54,626 nucleotides of DNA, taken from a virus (Duplodnaviria; Caudoviricetes). The notes under the pieces were generated by a model. The model ran no database searches. It was not told the DNA's origin and saw nothing but the letters and a program-made list of their open reading frames with translations. The stretch covers positions 1 to 54,626 of the IMG/VR virus record IMGVR_UViG_3300014155_000001, one strand, 5' to 3'. Shown here piece after piece: positions 36,101 through 45,545 of this stretch. Numbering within the stretch: the stretch's first letter is position 1; every line of letters starts with the position of its first letter. A program made the translations under genes and the position numbers.

Positions 36101-39100
36101 AACTTGGCACCCAGCTTTTCTGCCGCGCGTAAGTGTGCTGGACTGGTGGCGGTTGGTAGCAGCAAGGATTGAATCCCCTGCTTGGCGGTGGAGATAATTT
36201 GTAAACCGGGGGTTTTGGTTTTTACCAGTGTGGATAATTGTTGCGGCGTGCTCGCCACCGGGACCGGGTTTGGCGCGGCGGTTGTAGCACCGCCAAAACC
36301 CAAAGTGCGGATGCCTCCTGCGCCGCCGGCGCGCTGGTCAAGCAACGCGATAACATCTTTGAGCCGGGCACGCTGTTCCTTGCCGTAACTTTTGTAGGAT
36401 TTCGGGTCTGACCCCATGATGGCCACTTGACGGCGTAATGTGGCAGCGGCCTTGGCCGGATCGCCCCCGGCCATGCGCTGTGCGGCGTCGGCGGATTTGC
36501 CAGGGTCCACTTCGCGGACAACTTCTTGAATGCCGAACAATTCGTTTTGGGTCAACGTCTCGCCGCCGAAAGCGGTTTGTTCGGTTTTGGGCGGGACAAA
36601 CTTGGCTTCCTGGCCAACAAGATTGAAGGCGGTTTCAAGTCCGAGGCCGGGAAGTTCGCCAGAGGCGGCAGCAAGTTTAGCTTTTGATTCAGCCTTCGCT
36701 TCAAGTATGTCACGATATGCTAGGTCTGTGGCCGTGTATTTGGAACGGTCGAGGATGAATTGCTCGGATACGCCACGAGTCAACGCATCATTGATTGCGG
36801 TTTTGACTTGGTCCTCGGTCAAGCCAGCTAATTTCAGGCGGTCGGGCCGGAACGCTGTTCCTGCCGCGCTCCATTCATTGCCCATCTTGGCTTTTGTGCT
36901 GGCCCAAAAGTCCGTCAGGAATTTGGGCCAACGTACTTCCGGTGCTTTTCCGCCGACTTCGGCGACGAGGTCGGAATGGAGGGGCCAATTCCGCCAGCGG
37001 TCTAGTTCGGATTTCAGTTCGCCGACACGTTTGGCAACGCCTTCCGGGTCGCGCACGTCCACGCCTAACTTGCGGGCAAGTTCAGGGCGTTTGACCGCGC
37101 CTTGGACGGCGCGGATTTGTTCGGAAATTTGGCTTTGCTGTTCGGTGGCTCGCGCGGCCATTTCTTCGGCCTGTTTGATGGCGGCGTCATCGCGGCCAAA
37201 AAGGTCCACCTGTTCTGTTTGCCCGCCAGTTTGAGACTGGACGGCCTTGATGAAGTTTTCGATTTCAGCGGGCGAGCGGCCCTTGCCCGCCTGTTTTATC
37301 CCCAAAGCTTGCAGGTTTGCATCGTCGGGCGCGGCGGCGGCGATGGCTACGGCTTTTTCGGTGGCGATTTTGTCGGCGGACCAAAGGGAATAGAGGTCAT
37401 CGGAGGCAGATCGCGCCAGTCGGAAGGCTTCACGGCCTTTAACGCGGTCGAGTAAGCCGCGCGATTGTGCTTCTTCTTCCGTGAGTTCTGGAACGTATTT
37501 GAAGTAATGGGCATAATCTGCAATGGTGCCTTGTCCGTCCCGGATATTAGCTTCGGCGTCAAATGTCAAAGCCTTTTCCTTGGTGAAACCATCCGCTTCC
37601 CGGACAATTTGGACGGGTATGGTTTTTTCGCCGCTTCGTTTGGCCAAATCCAGACGGTGCCGGCCCGTAATAATTTCATGGTCGCCGTTGACCCGTTCCC
37701 AAAGAACAATGGGGGCCGTGCCCAAACGTTGATATTCCCCGGTAAGCCGTTCGTTGGGAACAACGCCAGTTACGGGGTCCGCATCGGCTTTGAAATTCGG
37801 AACGTCTTTGGAGAATTTAATTTGCTCTACGGGGAATTCGGCCATCGGGTGTTTCGATGTATCTGTAATCATCGAAGTGCCAAGCGGCGGCGCGACGGAT
37901 TCCGGGATCATGCCGACTGCGGACTCAATGTTGCGCGCGGATTCAATCGCCTCGCGTGGAAATTGGCCCATGCCGGTCATTTTGAATTCGGGGGTCGCAC
38001 CAATCTGATTTCTTTCCTCGGTGGTTTTGGCTGCCTTGAACTTTTCCAAAGCAGCGTTACCAATCTGGCTGATTTGTCCCCGTGCTTTTTCCAGGGCAGC
38101 AATGACCGGCGCGGCTTTGGCATCGCCCAACTGCCGCAAATACAAACCAATTTGGTAGGCGGTTTCCTGATTGTAAAAATCGTTGCGCGTGTGACGCTGG
38201 AACAAGTTGACCCACCATTGCGGATCGTGAACAGCATCCCCAGCGGCGTGAAAATAACGCGCCGAAATCGAGGGGCGAGTCACGCCTTTGGAAACAAATG
38301 CTTCTTCTGGTTTGGTGAATTGGTCCGGGGTTGGTTCTGGCGGCGTCAGTGGTACTTCACCGGGCGGCGCTCCGGGTATTGGGCCGCTTCGTGCGCCAGT
38401 TGGCGGGCTTGGCTCAGGGGCGGGCACTTGCCGTGCGCTTTCTTCCGGGATTGTGGGTTGCTGCACAGGCCGAAAAACCGTTTCTGTTTCTTTGTGTAGG
38501 GCATAGTCTTGTTGGGGTGTGGTTGTTTCGCCCCAAGCCAATTTGCGCAGGTCGCGGGCTTGTTCCCGTGACAGTTCGGCTTTGGGGAAAAGGTCTTGAA
38601 TCTGCCGGATGGTTTTGGCTTGAGCGTTGCGAATGGTTTCAACGGAAGTTTCACGCGGTTCAACAGGCGTGCCCGGCACTGTTGCCCGTGGCAGCATCCG
38701 GCCTGGGTCCGGCACGGTTGGAGAGGGAATGCCGCGAGTGGGCACGCCGGGAATCGGTCCCAAGTCAGGCGGCGGTTCAGGCACGGCCCCAAGAGGACGT
38801 TGCATGACCGCGCCAGTGGCCAGCGGGCCTTGGAATGGTCCTGGTTTGGCGGGTGTAAATGAGCGTTTTAGGCCAATGGCACCAACTACGGAAAAACCAA
38901 CTGTTTGAATACCTTCGGAAACCAAACTGGTAATTTTGTCCGGGTCTTGCTGGTCCTTTGGTTTGCCGAGTTCATCGCCCAAAGCCGTAGCAATTTGGGG
39001 TGTGTCACTCATCATTTTGGCGGTGAAGCCGGCGAGAATTAACTTTTGAGCGGCGGCAGGCAGGTTGCCAATGGCCAGCATGGGCGCGGTGCCTGCGATA

Positions 39101-39642
39101 CCTTGGGAAATTTTGCCGACCGTTGCCCAAGTCGGAGCGTCCGCCGAAGCCTCTTTCAATTTCTCATCAATTGGAAGCGGTTCACCCAAGGCAGCAGCAG
39201 CCAGGTTATGAAGCTCGTAGTATGGCTCGCTGCCAGCTTTGGTTTCAGCCACGTCCGCTGGAATAGCGCGGGCAACATTCCCGGCATAGGACAGTGCCCG
39301 GTTGACTTGTTTTCCACCTGGAATAGCTTCGATAATTGCGCCGGGTGCAGCGGTGGCGGCACGATACACGTTGGCGGCAGATTCATCCGAACCGCCCCGG
39401 CCCGAAACGATGTCCGTTGGCGTCATGGACAGGTCACGGCTGGGATCAGTTGTGCCGGTGGCCAAGTAGGACTTTTGGTACGGGTCGAGTTGGACTTTGG
39501 ACGTATCGAAACGCGGCGCGGGCGGGGCAGCTTTGGCGTAAAGTTCCCACGGTTTTTTCGCAGCAAACATTTCCCAAGGCTTTTGGGTCGCCTCGTCGTC
39601 GCCAGTGGCCACGGGGGGCGCGATGTCCATTGTGTCGGCCAT
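33199..39642 (-). CDS. Large internal virion/ejection polyvalent protein with ParB-like and HExxH metallopeptidase domains
   Basis: PIVLW...IITGRHRL.LAKR (ParB/Srx); LAHEIGHQLD...E..A (zincin); start placed at MADTMD. Confidence 0.8.
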   Translation of the reverse strand: MADTMDIAPPVATGDDEATQKPWEMFAAKKPWELYAKAAPPAPRFDTSKVQLDPYQKSYLATGTTDPSRDLSMTPTDIVSGRGGSDESAANVYRAATAAPGAIIEAIPGGKQVNRALSYAGNVARAIPADVAETKAGSEPYYELHNLAAAALGEPLPIDEKLKEASADAPTWATVGKISQGIAGTAPMLAIGNLPAAAQKLILAGFTAKMMSDTPQIATALGDELGKPKDQQDPDKITSLVSEGIQTVGFSVVGAIGLKRSFTPAKPGPFQGPLATGAVMQRPLGAVPEPPPDLGPIPGVPTRGIPSPTVPDPGRMLPRATVPGTPVEPRETSVETIRNAQAKTIRQIQDLFPKAELSREQARDLRKLAWGETTTPQQDYALHKETETVFRPVQQPTIPEESARQVPAPEPSPPTGARSGPIPGAPPGEVPLTPPEPTPDQFTKPEEAFVSKGVTRPSISARYFHAAGDAVHDPQWWVNLFQRHTRNDFYNQETAYQIGLYLRQLGDAKAAPVIAALEKARGQISQIGNAALEKFKAAKTTEERNQIGATPEFKMTGMGQFPREAIESARNIESAVGMIPESVAPPLGTSMITDTSKHPMAEFPVEQIKFSKDVPNFKADADPVTGVVPNERLTGEYQRLGTAPIVLWERVNGDHEIITGRHRLDLAKRSGEKTIPVQIVREADGFTKEKALTFDAEANIRDGQGTIADYAHYFKYVPELTEEEAQSRGLLDRVKGREAFRLARSASDDLYSLWSADKIATEKAVAIAAAAPDDANLQALGIKQAGKGRSPAEIENFIKAVQSQTGGQTEQVDLFGRDDAAIKQAEEMAARATEQQSQISEQIRAVQGAVKRPELARKLGVDVRDPEGVAKRVGELKSELDRWRNWPLHSDLVAEVGGKAPEVRWPKFLTDFWASTKAKMGNEWSAAGTAFRPDRLKLAGLTEDQVKTAINDALTRGVSEQFILDRSKYTATDLAYRDILEAKAESKAKLAAASGELPGLGLETAFNLVGQEAKFVPPKTEQTAFGGETLTQNELFGIQEVVREVDPGKSADAAQRMAGGDPAKAAATLRRQVAIMGSDPKSYKSYGKEQRARLKDVIALLDQRAGGAGGIRTLGFGGATTAAPNPVPVASTPQQLSTLVKTKTPGLQIISTAKQGIQSLLLPTATSPAHLRAAEKLGAKLGAMNRRAEATAFALRAVSKFFDRLGVHNEKLTPDKNPGIKFMSDMSQGRPLTGRFQLAAYKIKKLFQERLDKLDAAGASVQSVRDNYFPGMWTHESRLAFNAAMEEAEKQGMIPKNSDVNAATPAQKAWVKARVDQFIKAGTGSEADMMAYFTRRPFKGRESFRKEKVFDDIMTGAEFGLRPISNNPIDLVKGKLAEMDKSIMANEFFQHLKADGELKIINPYEETPEGWVRLNDKYGTIYGPPTVTVPEHIDKAVYEGLLDFAGKLGIKHERSMKFPPGPGNRALGLSYQSQDFVRTRFATETSVLAHEIGHQLDYRYNFWKTFVTEAVGLGKKGVQTKEASQKQRAKIKEELRNIADLTGSRGGDPRKKTEQIAQMVEAYVHAPEKMQEVAPTVFKVFDGFIHSKPELKGLADIKPGIELEELTSEKYVGLPIKGYRIVPKATGDIVNNYLSSSIYNNKYFGGLYRTWMGTANALNQSQLGMGSAFHAGFTTGDVQVSAGATLIKDVYGVLRGNRSLADLANTAKNWTVASVKTAMTGDKVLNAWRNPDGVIDPRIAQVVKATELGGGGYKLEHGMQTEQTTQMVRDWYSGSRIKAAARSPIALTELMMKPIMDYLVPRQKAGVFADLAWRIIEQNPGKPLEELTPQFRQAWNRVDARLGQVRYNRLFSNNTAKNVVQGLVRAPGWSGGTIAELGGAFPDAAKFFQEWHKTGKLPENIPDRVAYTMSLLATVATANAVLTYAFTGQTPTGMDFLAFRTGRKDKDGNDERFLLPTYVKDLLAYSKQPLTTVWHKSHPLLSVINDVANNRDFYGYEIRNPNAPAAQQAGQVSKYVIKSFEPFWTRGARKSAEAGATPARLAAPYVGIMPAPAYITRSSIQNQISELYHKRTGERLKPYESRTADETKRAARDASTMDIYMFKRLPKSDQAALARKMSPAEKARYGAESVTSATDIRQAAPWAIAAP

Positions 39643-39644
39643 AG

Positions 39645-40460
39645 TTATTGTGAGGCGGGCACCGCTTCCCAATTTTTCGGGTCGGTCAGTTCGCCGCCTT
39701 TGAATGTATAACCATTCACCACGTCACCGGCTTTCGGCAAGTTGGACGCGGATGCGGCGGCAGGCGCAGCGGGCGCGGGCGCAGGTTGCGCGGCCCGGAA
39801 AGCAGAGGCAGGGTCGGTGCCGACAGGAACTTTGACACTTTCGGTCAGTTGCGTTTTTTCTGTACCGCGTTTGTAGGGTGTGCCGGGTGTAATCCCCGTG
39901 GTGATACCAAGCCGGGAGAGCAACCCAATTTGGGAAGTTGTAGCCGGTTTGGACGCAACGGCATCACTTGTGGAATGCCGGGTCATGGTTTCTTCTGGTC
40001 CCGGTTTGGAAACACCACTGGCAAGGCCCGGCTCCCAGGCGCGCGGGTATTTTGCCAACGCTTCGGCGGGCGACATGCCACCGGCAATGGACATTGCGTA
40101 ATTCTGGCGGTCGGCCAAAGTGCTGGCCTTGTCCTGTGTGGCCTGTTGCAATTTTTGCGATTCAAGGTTGAGCCGGTTTTTGGCGATGCCAAGGGTTGCC
40201 TGATGATAGGCTTGAGCTACTGCCGCCTGGGTTTGTGAGCGTTGGAAATTGGCGACCAATGTTTCGCGGCGGATTTGCGCTTCCATCGCGGCCTGCCGTT
40301 CCGAAGCGTCGAGCCGTTGCTGTTCCATGCCAAGTTGGGCGTTGGCTTGTGCGGTGTGCTGGGCCAATTCTTGACGTTGCAAGTTGACTCGTGCGCCTTC
40401 GGCGGCGGCTTGGCCGAATTGGGCCGGTGTTACATCCAACCAACTAGGAATTGTAGGCAT
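39645..40460 (-). CDS. Putative DNA ejection protein
   Basis: Q/A-rich coiled coil; C-terminal G.V.NGY.FKGG..DPKNWE. Confidence 0.65.
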   Translation of the reverse strand: MPTIPSWLDVTPAQFGQAAAEGARVNLQRQELAQHTAQANAQLGMEQQRLDASERQAAMEAQIRRETLVANFQRSQTQAAVAQAYHQATLGIAKNRLNLESQKLQQATQDKASTLADRQNYAMSIAGGMSPAEALAKYPRAWEPGLASGVSKPGPEETMTRHSTSDAVASKPATTSQIGLLSRLGITTGITPGTPYKRGTEKTQLTESVKVPVGTDPASAFRAAQPAPAPAAPAAASASNLPKAGDVVNGYTFKGGELTDPKNWEAVPASQ

Positions 40461-40465
40461 AGGTT

Positions 40466-41317
40466 TTACTGTGAGGCGTTGCCGCTATCGCTGCTGCCGG
40501 CTCCTACATCCATGAAATAGGTCGGGTCCAAACCGCCACTAACGAGGAAGTCGTAATAGTTTTGGTCGAAGCCGGTGGCGTCCCCGCCCGTGGCTGTGTC
40601 AGTACCAAAACCGGGAAGGCCGACACCATTTGCAGGAGCATGGCCGGGACCGACCTGGCCGGCATAGTACCAAGGATCGGACTGATAAGGACTGCCGGGT
40701 GTGGTAGCCGTGCCAGTCGCACCAGTCGTTGCACCGTAAGTACCAACCACGCCCATATTTTGGGCGGCACTCGGCACGGCAGACATGGACTTCGGGCCAC
40801 CCCCGCCGTAGGATATTCCACCTCCCCCGCCAGCAGCCAGTTTTTCCATAGTTCCAGCGGCAGCGGTTGGATCAGGCGCGGCAGCCATGATTGCATTTTG
40901 CAAAGCGATGTCGTTAATCAGATTCGGACTAAGCTGGGTGCTGCCCAAGCCGGCCAGAATGTTCTGATAATCTTTGAGGCCGGTTTGTTGCAACTGCAAA
41001 GCGGACAGTCCAAGGCTTTCGAGGCCGTAATTTTTTTGAAAGCCACTGCCGGGCATCCCGCTTTGGACGCCGAAAGAGGCGGCGGCATCCTGAATGGCTC
41101 CAATCGTGCCGCTGGGAAGCTGGCCGGCGAGTTCGCTGCCCACGACCTGCCCGGCCTGGCCTGTGAGTGTGGGCAGATTGGGCAATACGCCTCCGACTTG
41201 AGAATAAATAGAGGGCGGAAGTCCAAGCGGGCCGGGCACTGCACCGGCAGCAGCACCAGAGCCAAATTGGGGGGCCGGATTGATGTTGTAATTTGCGAGT
41301 GAGGGGATGGTAGGCAT
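40466..41317 (-). CDS. Putative DNA ejection (pilot) protein
   Basis: G/A/S-rich; located between the tail genes and the large ejection protein. Confidence 0.65.
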   Translation of the reverse strand: MPTIPSLANYNINPAPQFGSGAAAGAVPGPLGLPPSIYSQVGGVLPNLPTLTGQAGQVVGSELAGQLPSGTIGAIQDAAASFGVQSGMPGSGFQKNYGLESLGLSALQLQQTGLKDYQNILAGLGSTQLSPNLINDIALQNAIMAAAPDPTAAAGTMEKLAAGGGGGISYGGGGPKSMSAVPSAAQNMGVVGTYGATTGATGTATTPGSPYQSDPWYYAGQVGPGHAPANGVGLPGFGTDTATGGDATGFDQNYYDFLVSGGLDPTYFMDVGAGSSDSGNASQ

Positions 41318-41320
41318 AGG

Positions 41321-42346
41321 TCACATAAAACCGCCGGTCACACGGGACAGTGAGGCGTTCCCGAAGGGCCGGAAATCAGTGGTAAATTGTTCAATGGGGA
41401 AACGGTCGCGCATCTGGTAATTCAATTCCCGGAAAGCATTCGCTTCGGATGCCGTCGCGCCGGGAAAATCGCCCGCTTCTTTTTGTTTGATGGCCATAAC
41501 CATGTCGCGGATGGCGTCCTCATTCTCGATCAACACGAGGTCATCGGGATTGACGAGCGGAACGTAACCCAGCTTGACCAGGGCGGTGATACGGGTAAAA
41601 GCGCAGCACGCCCCGTGAGGGCGGAAACCATGCAACCGGCTGTGCAGGTATTGCGGGGAAGTTTCAGCGGGTGAATAGCTGCACAAGTCCAACAGGAGCG
41701 GGGAAGTGCCGGACAATGAAACACCGTCCCACTGATAGCCGCGAACCTGGCCGAAGGTGATGGGTTTAAGCACGCGGGTAACTTTGCGCACGAGCATGGG
41801 CGTTTGAACGTAGGGCGTGGTCAAGGTGAGTTCGACGCCATCCTGCCAGGTGCCGTCACCATGTACGGTGCGAATGACCAGACCGTTGGCATCAATCCCG
41901 AAAATCGTAATCACCTTTCCGCCATCGGCGGGGTTATCAATAAAAAATTGCAGATACATGCCGGCGTTGCAGGCGATGGGATTAAAGACTGGAATGGTCC
42001 CGTCCATTTCAGCGGTGATGTTGCCGCCGTGCCCGTGCTGAAAATAGTCACAGGCCCAGCCAATGTTGGAAGAATCCCAAGGCAGGAAACGATACCAGCG
42101 GTTAGCCAGTTCGGTATGGCGGTTCCCGGCGTTGACGGCCAGAACGGTGGCAACATAGCGCGGCCAGACAATGCAGTGGTCGGTAACACAACCTTCCATT
42201 GGTTGAACGGTCGCCCACCAGTTGCCACGGTTCAGCAATTGCCGAATGGCGGCATTGACGAGAGAGGCGAATTCCGGGCTGGTAGGCGGGGCCGACGCGA
42301 TTTCCAGAATGCGCGAAGTTTGGAGGTCGCCGAAAGTTAAGAGCAT
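41321..42346 (-). CDS. Putative head-tail adaptor / tail tubular protein
   Basis: Start placed at MLLTFGDL; N-terminal helical ...LVN.AI.QLL..G.W pattern; context. Confidence 0.55.
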   Translation of the reverse strand: MLLTFGDLQTSRILEIASAPPTSPEFASLVNAAIRQLLNRGNWWATVQPMEGCVTDHCIVWPRYVATVLAVNAGNRHTELANRWYRFLPWDSSNIGWACDYFQHGHGGNITAEMDGTIPVFNPIACNAGMYLQFFIDNPADGGKVITIFGIDANGLVIRTVHGDGTWQDGVELTLTTPYVQTPMLVRKVTRVLKPITFGQVRGYQWDGVSLSGTSPLLLDLCSYSPAETSPQYLHSRLHGFRPHGACCAFTRITALVKLGYVPLVNPDDLVLIENEDAIRDMVMAIKQKEAGDFPGATASEANAFRELNYQMRDRFPIEQFTTDFRPFGNASLSRVTGGFM

Positions 42347-42378
42347 AATATCATACAAGAGTAATGTCGTTTGCTGGT

Positions 42379-42957
42379 TTACGGAATGGTGATTATGTAT
42401 CCCCCCGCCAAAAGTGTTCCATTGATGACGTTGGACTGGATTCCCAGCGAGTCCTGATAATAAATCAGTTCCGCCCCCGGAGTGTTGAACGTGTCCCCCA
42501 AACTGCCGAATGAAGCGGTCATTACTCCCGGCATGACATAGGTACAAATCATGTTATAGCCATTTGAATCGGTTCCCCCGGTAATATCTTCAATGTACAA
42601 TTTCCCGATTATGCCTGGTAAAAATCCAGAACCCGTGATGGTAACAACGTCTTTGGTGAGGTCGAAGTAGGTCGGATAAATGCTGTCAATAGTATAGGTG
42701 GTGGCCACGTCCACTATGTCTGACCGTCCGGCCAAGAGGACTCCATTTCTGACATCACTGATTTGTTGGACGATTCTCAGGGCCGAACCTGCATCTACGG
42801 CAGTATGGGCATACGAATTAAGGGCGGTGCTTAATCCGATATTAACGACTTTGGGAGCGCCAACGGCAATCTGCATTGAGACGATGTCGGCAACATGAAT
42901 CTCCGTGGTATCAGTACCATTGGAGAAAATGACGGATGGTTCCAGTTTTACACTCAT
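42379..42957 (-). CDS. Virion accessory protein with IPT/TIG-like motif
   Basis: TIDSIYP...VTITGSGF. Confidence 0.6.
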   Translation of the reverse strand: MSVKLEPSVIFSNGTDTTEIHVADIVSMQIAVGAPKVVNIGLSTALNSYAHTAVDAGSALRIVQQISDVRNGVLLAGRSDIVDVATTYTIDSIYPTYFDLTKDVVTITGSGFLPGIIGKLYIEDITGGTDSNGYNMICTYVMPGVMTASFGSLGDTFNTPGAELIYYQDSLGIQSNVINGTLLAGGYIITIP

Positions 42958-45545
42958 GGGGTGACGGGTGGGGCACGTTGCGGTTCGGGGATGACATCGG
43001 CGATAAAGCGTGCGCCCAAGAAGCGGCACGGGCCGGTCATTACCAGTTTGAATTGAAAATTGTAGCCTTCCCGCAACGGGCGGTTGTTCACGGTATCGAA
43101 CACGTTTCCGTCTGGTGAGGGCAGGCCGACGCGCGGGCGGAAGCCGGGATCAGTGTTGGGAGTGTAGGTTTGGGTCCAAGAATACCACGGCACCCAATTG
43201 GGCCATTGGTCGGGCTTGTAAAAGGCTTGGAACTGGACCGGGCCGATGATGCTGTCTAAATAAAATTCGGCGTAATCGAGGCGCTTGTAATTATGCTGTC
43301 CACTTTTGCGGTCGCCGAAGTCCAGCATGGGCGACTCAAAGTAAGAGGTGATGGGAGTTGTGCCGTCATCATAGCTGGCGGCCCCGCTGGGAAGAATTTC
43401 GTGCAATTCAATTTGGGTCAGGTCAGTGCTGAGACAGAGGGCGAAGCAACGCTGCACGCCGTTGAAGTAACACGCCGATCCGTCAGGAGCCGACACGAGC
43501 TTGAGCACATTCAAGCCGGTCCATTCTCCATCCCAAGCCGATTGCTGTTTTTCCCGCAAGCTGCTAAGAGGGTCAAAATTCAGGGCCAAGATGGACGTGT
43601 AGCAAACACCGCGCGGACTTTGCACAGGCATGGCCGCGAGTAAATAGCGATTGTCAAAAACCGTGGAACTATCAAAGCCCAACAGTGATTGGTTTTCGAG
43701 GTCCAGCACGCGCTGCATTTCCCGGCTGATCGGAGTATTCCCCCAGCGGTTGAAATCGAGCCGGGCCATAAGCAGGGACCGCAAATTGCCATCGGAGGAA
43801 CGGAACAACAGATCGCCGTTGGCGGGGGAAACGGCGTCTTGACTGGTGCCGCCACCGCCTTTCAGGGATTCGACAAGAATGGGATTGGTCAAACTTTGCC
43901 AAGTGGTGCGGTCCACGGGCGCTTGGCAGGCAAAAATGTTTTGACTGGTGAACACCTGTAATGGTCCCTGTCCGAGCGAGGCATCCAGCAGGGAAACAAA
44001 TTGCATGGCCTTGATGTCGCCAACAGAGCCGGGCACGCGGAAGGTGCCACCGCCCGCCAGGTACTCGTTTTCCGAAATATAAAGAACGGAATCACGGAAG
44101 TTGTTTTGGATCGAACCACTTTGACCGCCGACGATGTCACCCGCCAGAAAACTGAGGCCGTCCGGCAGGGAAAGCCAGACGCGGCCCATGCCATAAGTAC
44201 CCATGCGTCCGGTCGGCAGTTGGGGAATGGAAAGTATATCGGTCGGCGCGGTAACGGTGTTCAAGGGTGTGTCGTTGACGTTTTGCACCGTAATAACATT
44301 GCCCGATGGCGATGGCGGAACGGCGATGATGGAATAGAGAAATCCGCCAACGGTGACGAGCAAGTTGTCTGCGCCGGTATAAGCGGCGGTAAGATGAGCG
44401 GTGGCGGTAACGCCCGTGGACGGTACAGTGAACGGTTGCGACAAAGTACCAACTGTTTGCACCGGGTAACTCGTGCCGTTCTGGTAAAACGCTTCGTACT
44501 GCGAAGGAACTGGCGTCAACCAATTATTCGGGATGGTTTGAACGTTGGTCAGTGCGATGAAAGGGTTGGAGTCGTAGGGCAGCGCCACGATTCTGAGATA
44601 GGACGTGTCATATACGACAGCATTTGAATCCACCCAACCTATCACCTGAAACAGAACCCCATTCCATAGTATTTGAGCGCCGCTTGCGCCGTAGGCTCCG
44701 GTGTAACTTCCGGTTATGGGTATGTGGAGTTGGCCGCTTTTGGCCGGGAGTGAGTGACCGGATGTATTGTAATAAAAATTGCTCGGCAAGCCCGACGTGT
44801 TGCCGGTATAAAAGACAACGTTAGGATTGTAGAGAATTTTTGTGCCAATCGGCCAGGGCGAACTGGTTCCGGGGTCGGCATAATTGGTGAGATTGGCCTG
44901 ATAATCAAAGCCAGAGGGCGCAAGGGTTTGATAGGTGGCATCACCAATTAAAACGGTCTGTCCATAGTTGCCACCAAAGTTGCTGGCCAAAGTGACGGCG
45001 ACGGTTGATCCAACGGAAGGAACAATGAAATTAAGCGCTACAACTCCCAAGAGGGTTTGCAAACCATTGTTGGACCGGAAGGTGTTCGTGCCGTCAAAAA
45101 AAACTGGCGCGCTGATGCCGTCATTCCAGATCAAATAATTTTCAGCTTCAAACAGCCAGGCTTGCGAGACACCAGCGGGGTTGGGATCGCCGGGAATGGT
45201 CCGGTCGGTTACAGTGGCATTGCCTGATTGGTCGGGGGTGATTTGAAACAAACGGCCAGCGACAGCGGCCATGATGGATTCCGGGCCGGCATCGGGTTTG
45301 TAATAACTGACGCCTTGAAACAGGCCGGTTTGAAAATTGATTGCCGTGTGCGTGTCGGCATAGGAAAGGGCGATGGTCTGAAAGGCGGGGCGCGGGTTAA
45401 AGAAGTCGCTCCGAATGGTGCCGTTCCCGGCGTAAGCCAGTTGGCCCTTGGGAAGCAATAGCGGGTCAATGCCGCTGTTCATTCCTTGCGGAAAAGACGC
45501 TAGAAAATCGGAAACTTCTTTGGTTTTTTCAGCCACACTATCCAA
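42954..45545 (-). CDS. Tail nozzle / stabilisation protein (P22 gp10 or T7 gp12-like) with a low-complexity insertion
   Basis: 863 aa, beta-rich; S/T/Y/N-rich central insert; context. Confidence 0.65.
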   Translation of the reverse strand: MDSVAEKTKEVSDFLASFPQGMNSGIDPLLLPKGQLAYAGNGTIRSDFFNPRPAFQTIALSYADTHTAINFQTGLFQGVSYYKPDAGPESIMAAVAGRLFQITPDQSGNATVTDRTIPGDPNPAGVSQAWLFEAENYLIWNDGISAPVFFDGTNTFRSNNGLQTLLGVVALNFIVPSVGSTVAVTLASNFGGNYGQTVLIGDATYQTLAPSGFDYQANLTNYADPGTSSPWPIGTKILYNPNVVFYTGNTSGLPSNFYYNTSGHSLPAKSGQLHIPITGSYTGAYGASGAQILWNGVLFQVIGWVDSNAVVYDTSYLRIVALPYDSNPFIALTNVQTIPNNWLTPVPSQYEAFYQNGTSYPVQTVGTLSQPFTVPSTGVTATAHLTAAYTGADNLLVTVGGFLYSIIAVPPSPSGNVITVQNVNDTPLNTVTAPTDILSIPQLPTGRMGTYGMGRVWLSLPDGLSFLAGDIVGGQSGSIQNNFRDSVLYISENEYLAGGGTFRVPGSVGDIKAMQFVSLLDASLGQGPLQVFTSQNIFACQAPVDRTTWQSLTNPILVESLKGGGGTSQDAVSPANGDLLFRSSDGNLRSLLMARLDFNRWGNTPISREMQRVLDLENQSLLGFDSSTVFDNRYLLAAMPVQSPRGVCYTSILALNFDPLSSLREKQQSAWDGEWTGLNVLKLVSAPDGSACYFNGVQRCFALCLSTDLTQIELHEILPSGAASYDDGTTPITSYFESPMLDFGDRKSGQHNYKRLDYAEFYLDSIIGPVQFQAFYKPDQWPNWVPWYSWTQTYTPNTDPGFRPRVGLPSPDGNVFDTVNNRPLREGYNFQFKLVMTGPCRFLGARFIADVIPEPQRAPPVTP

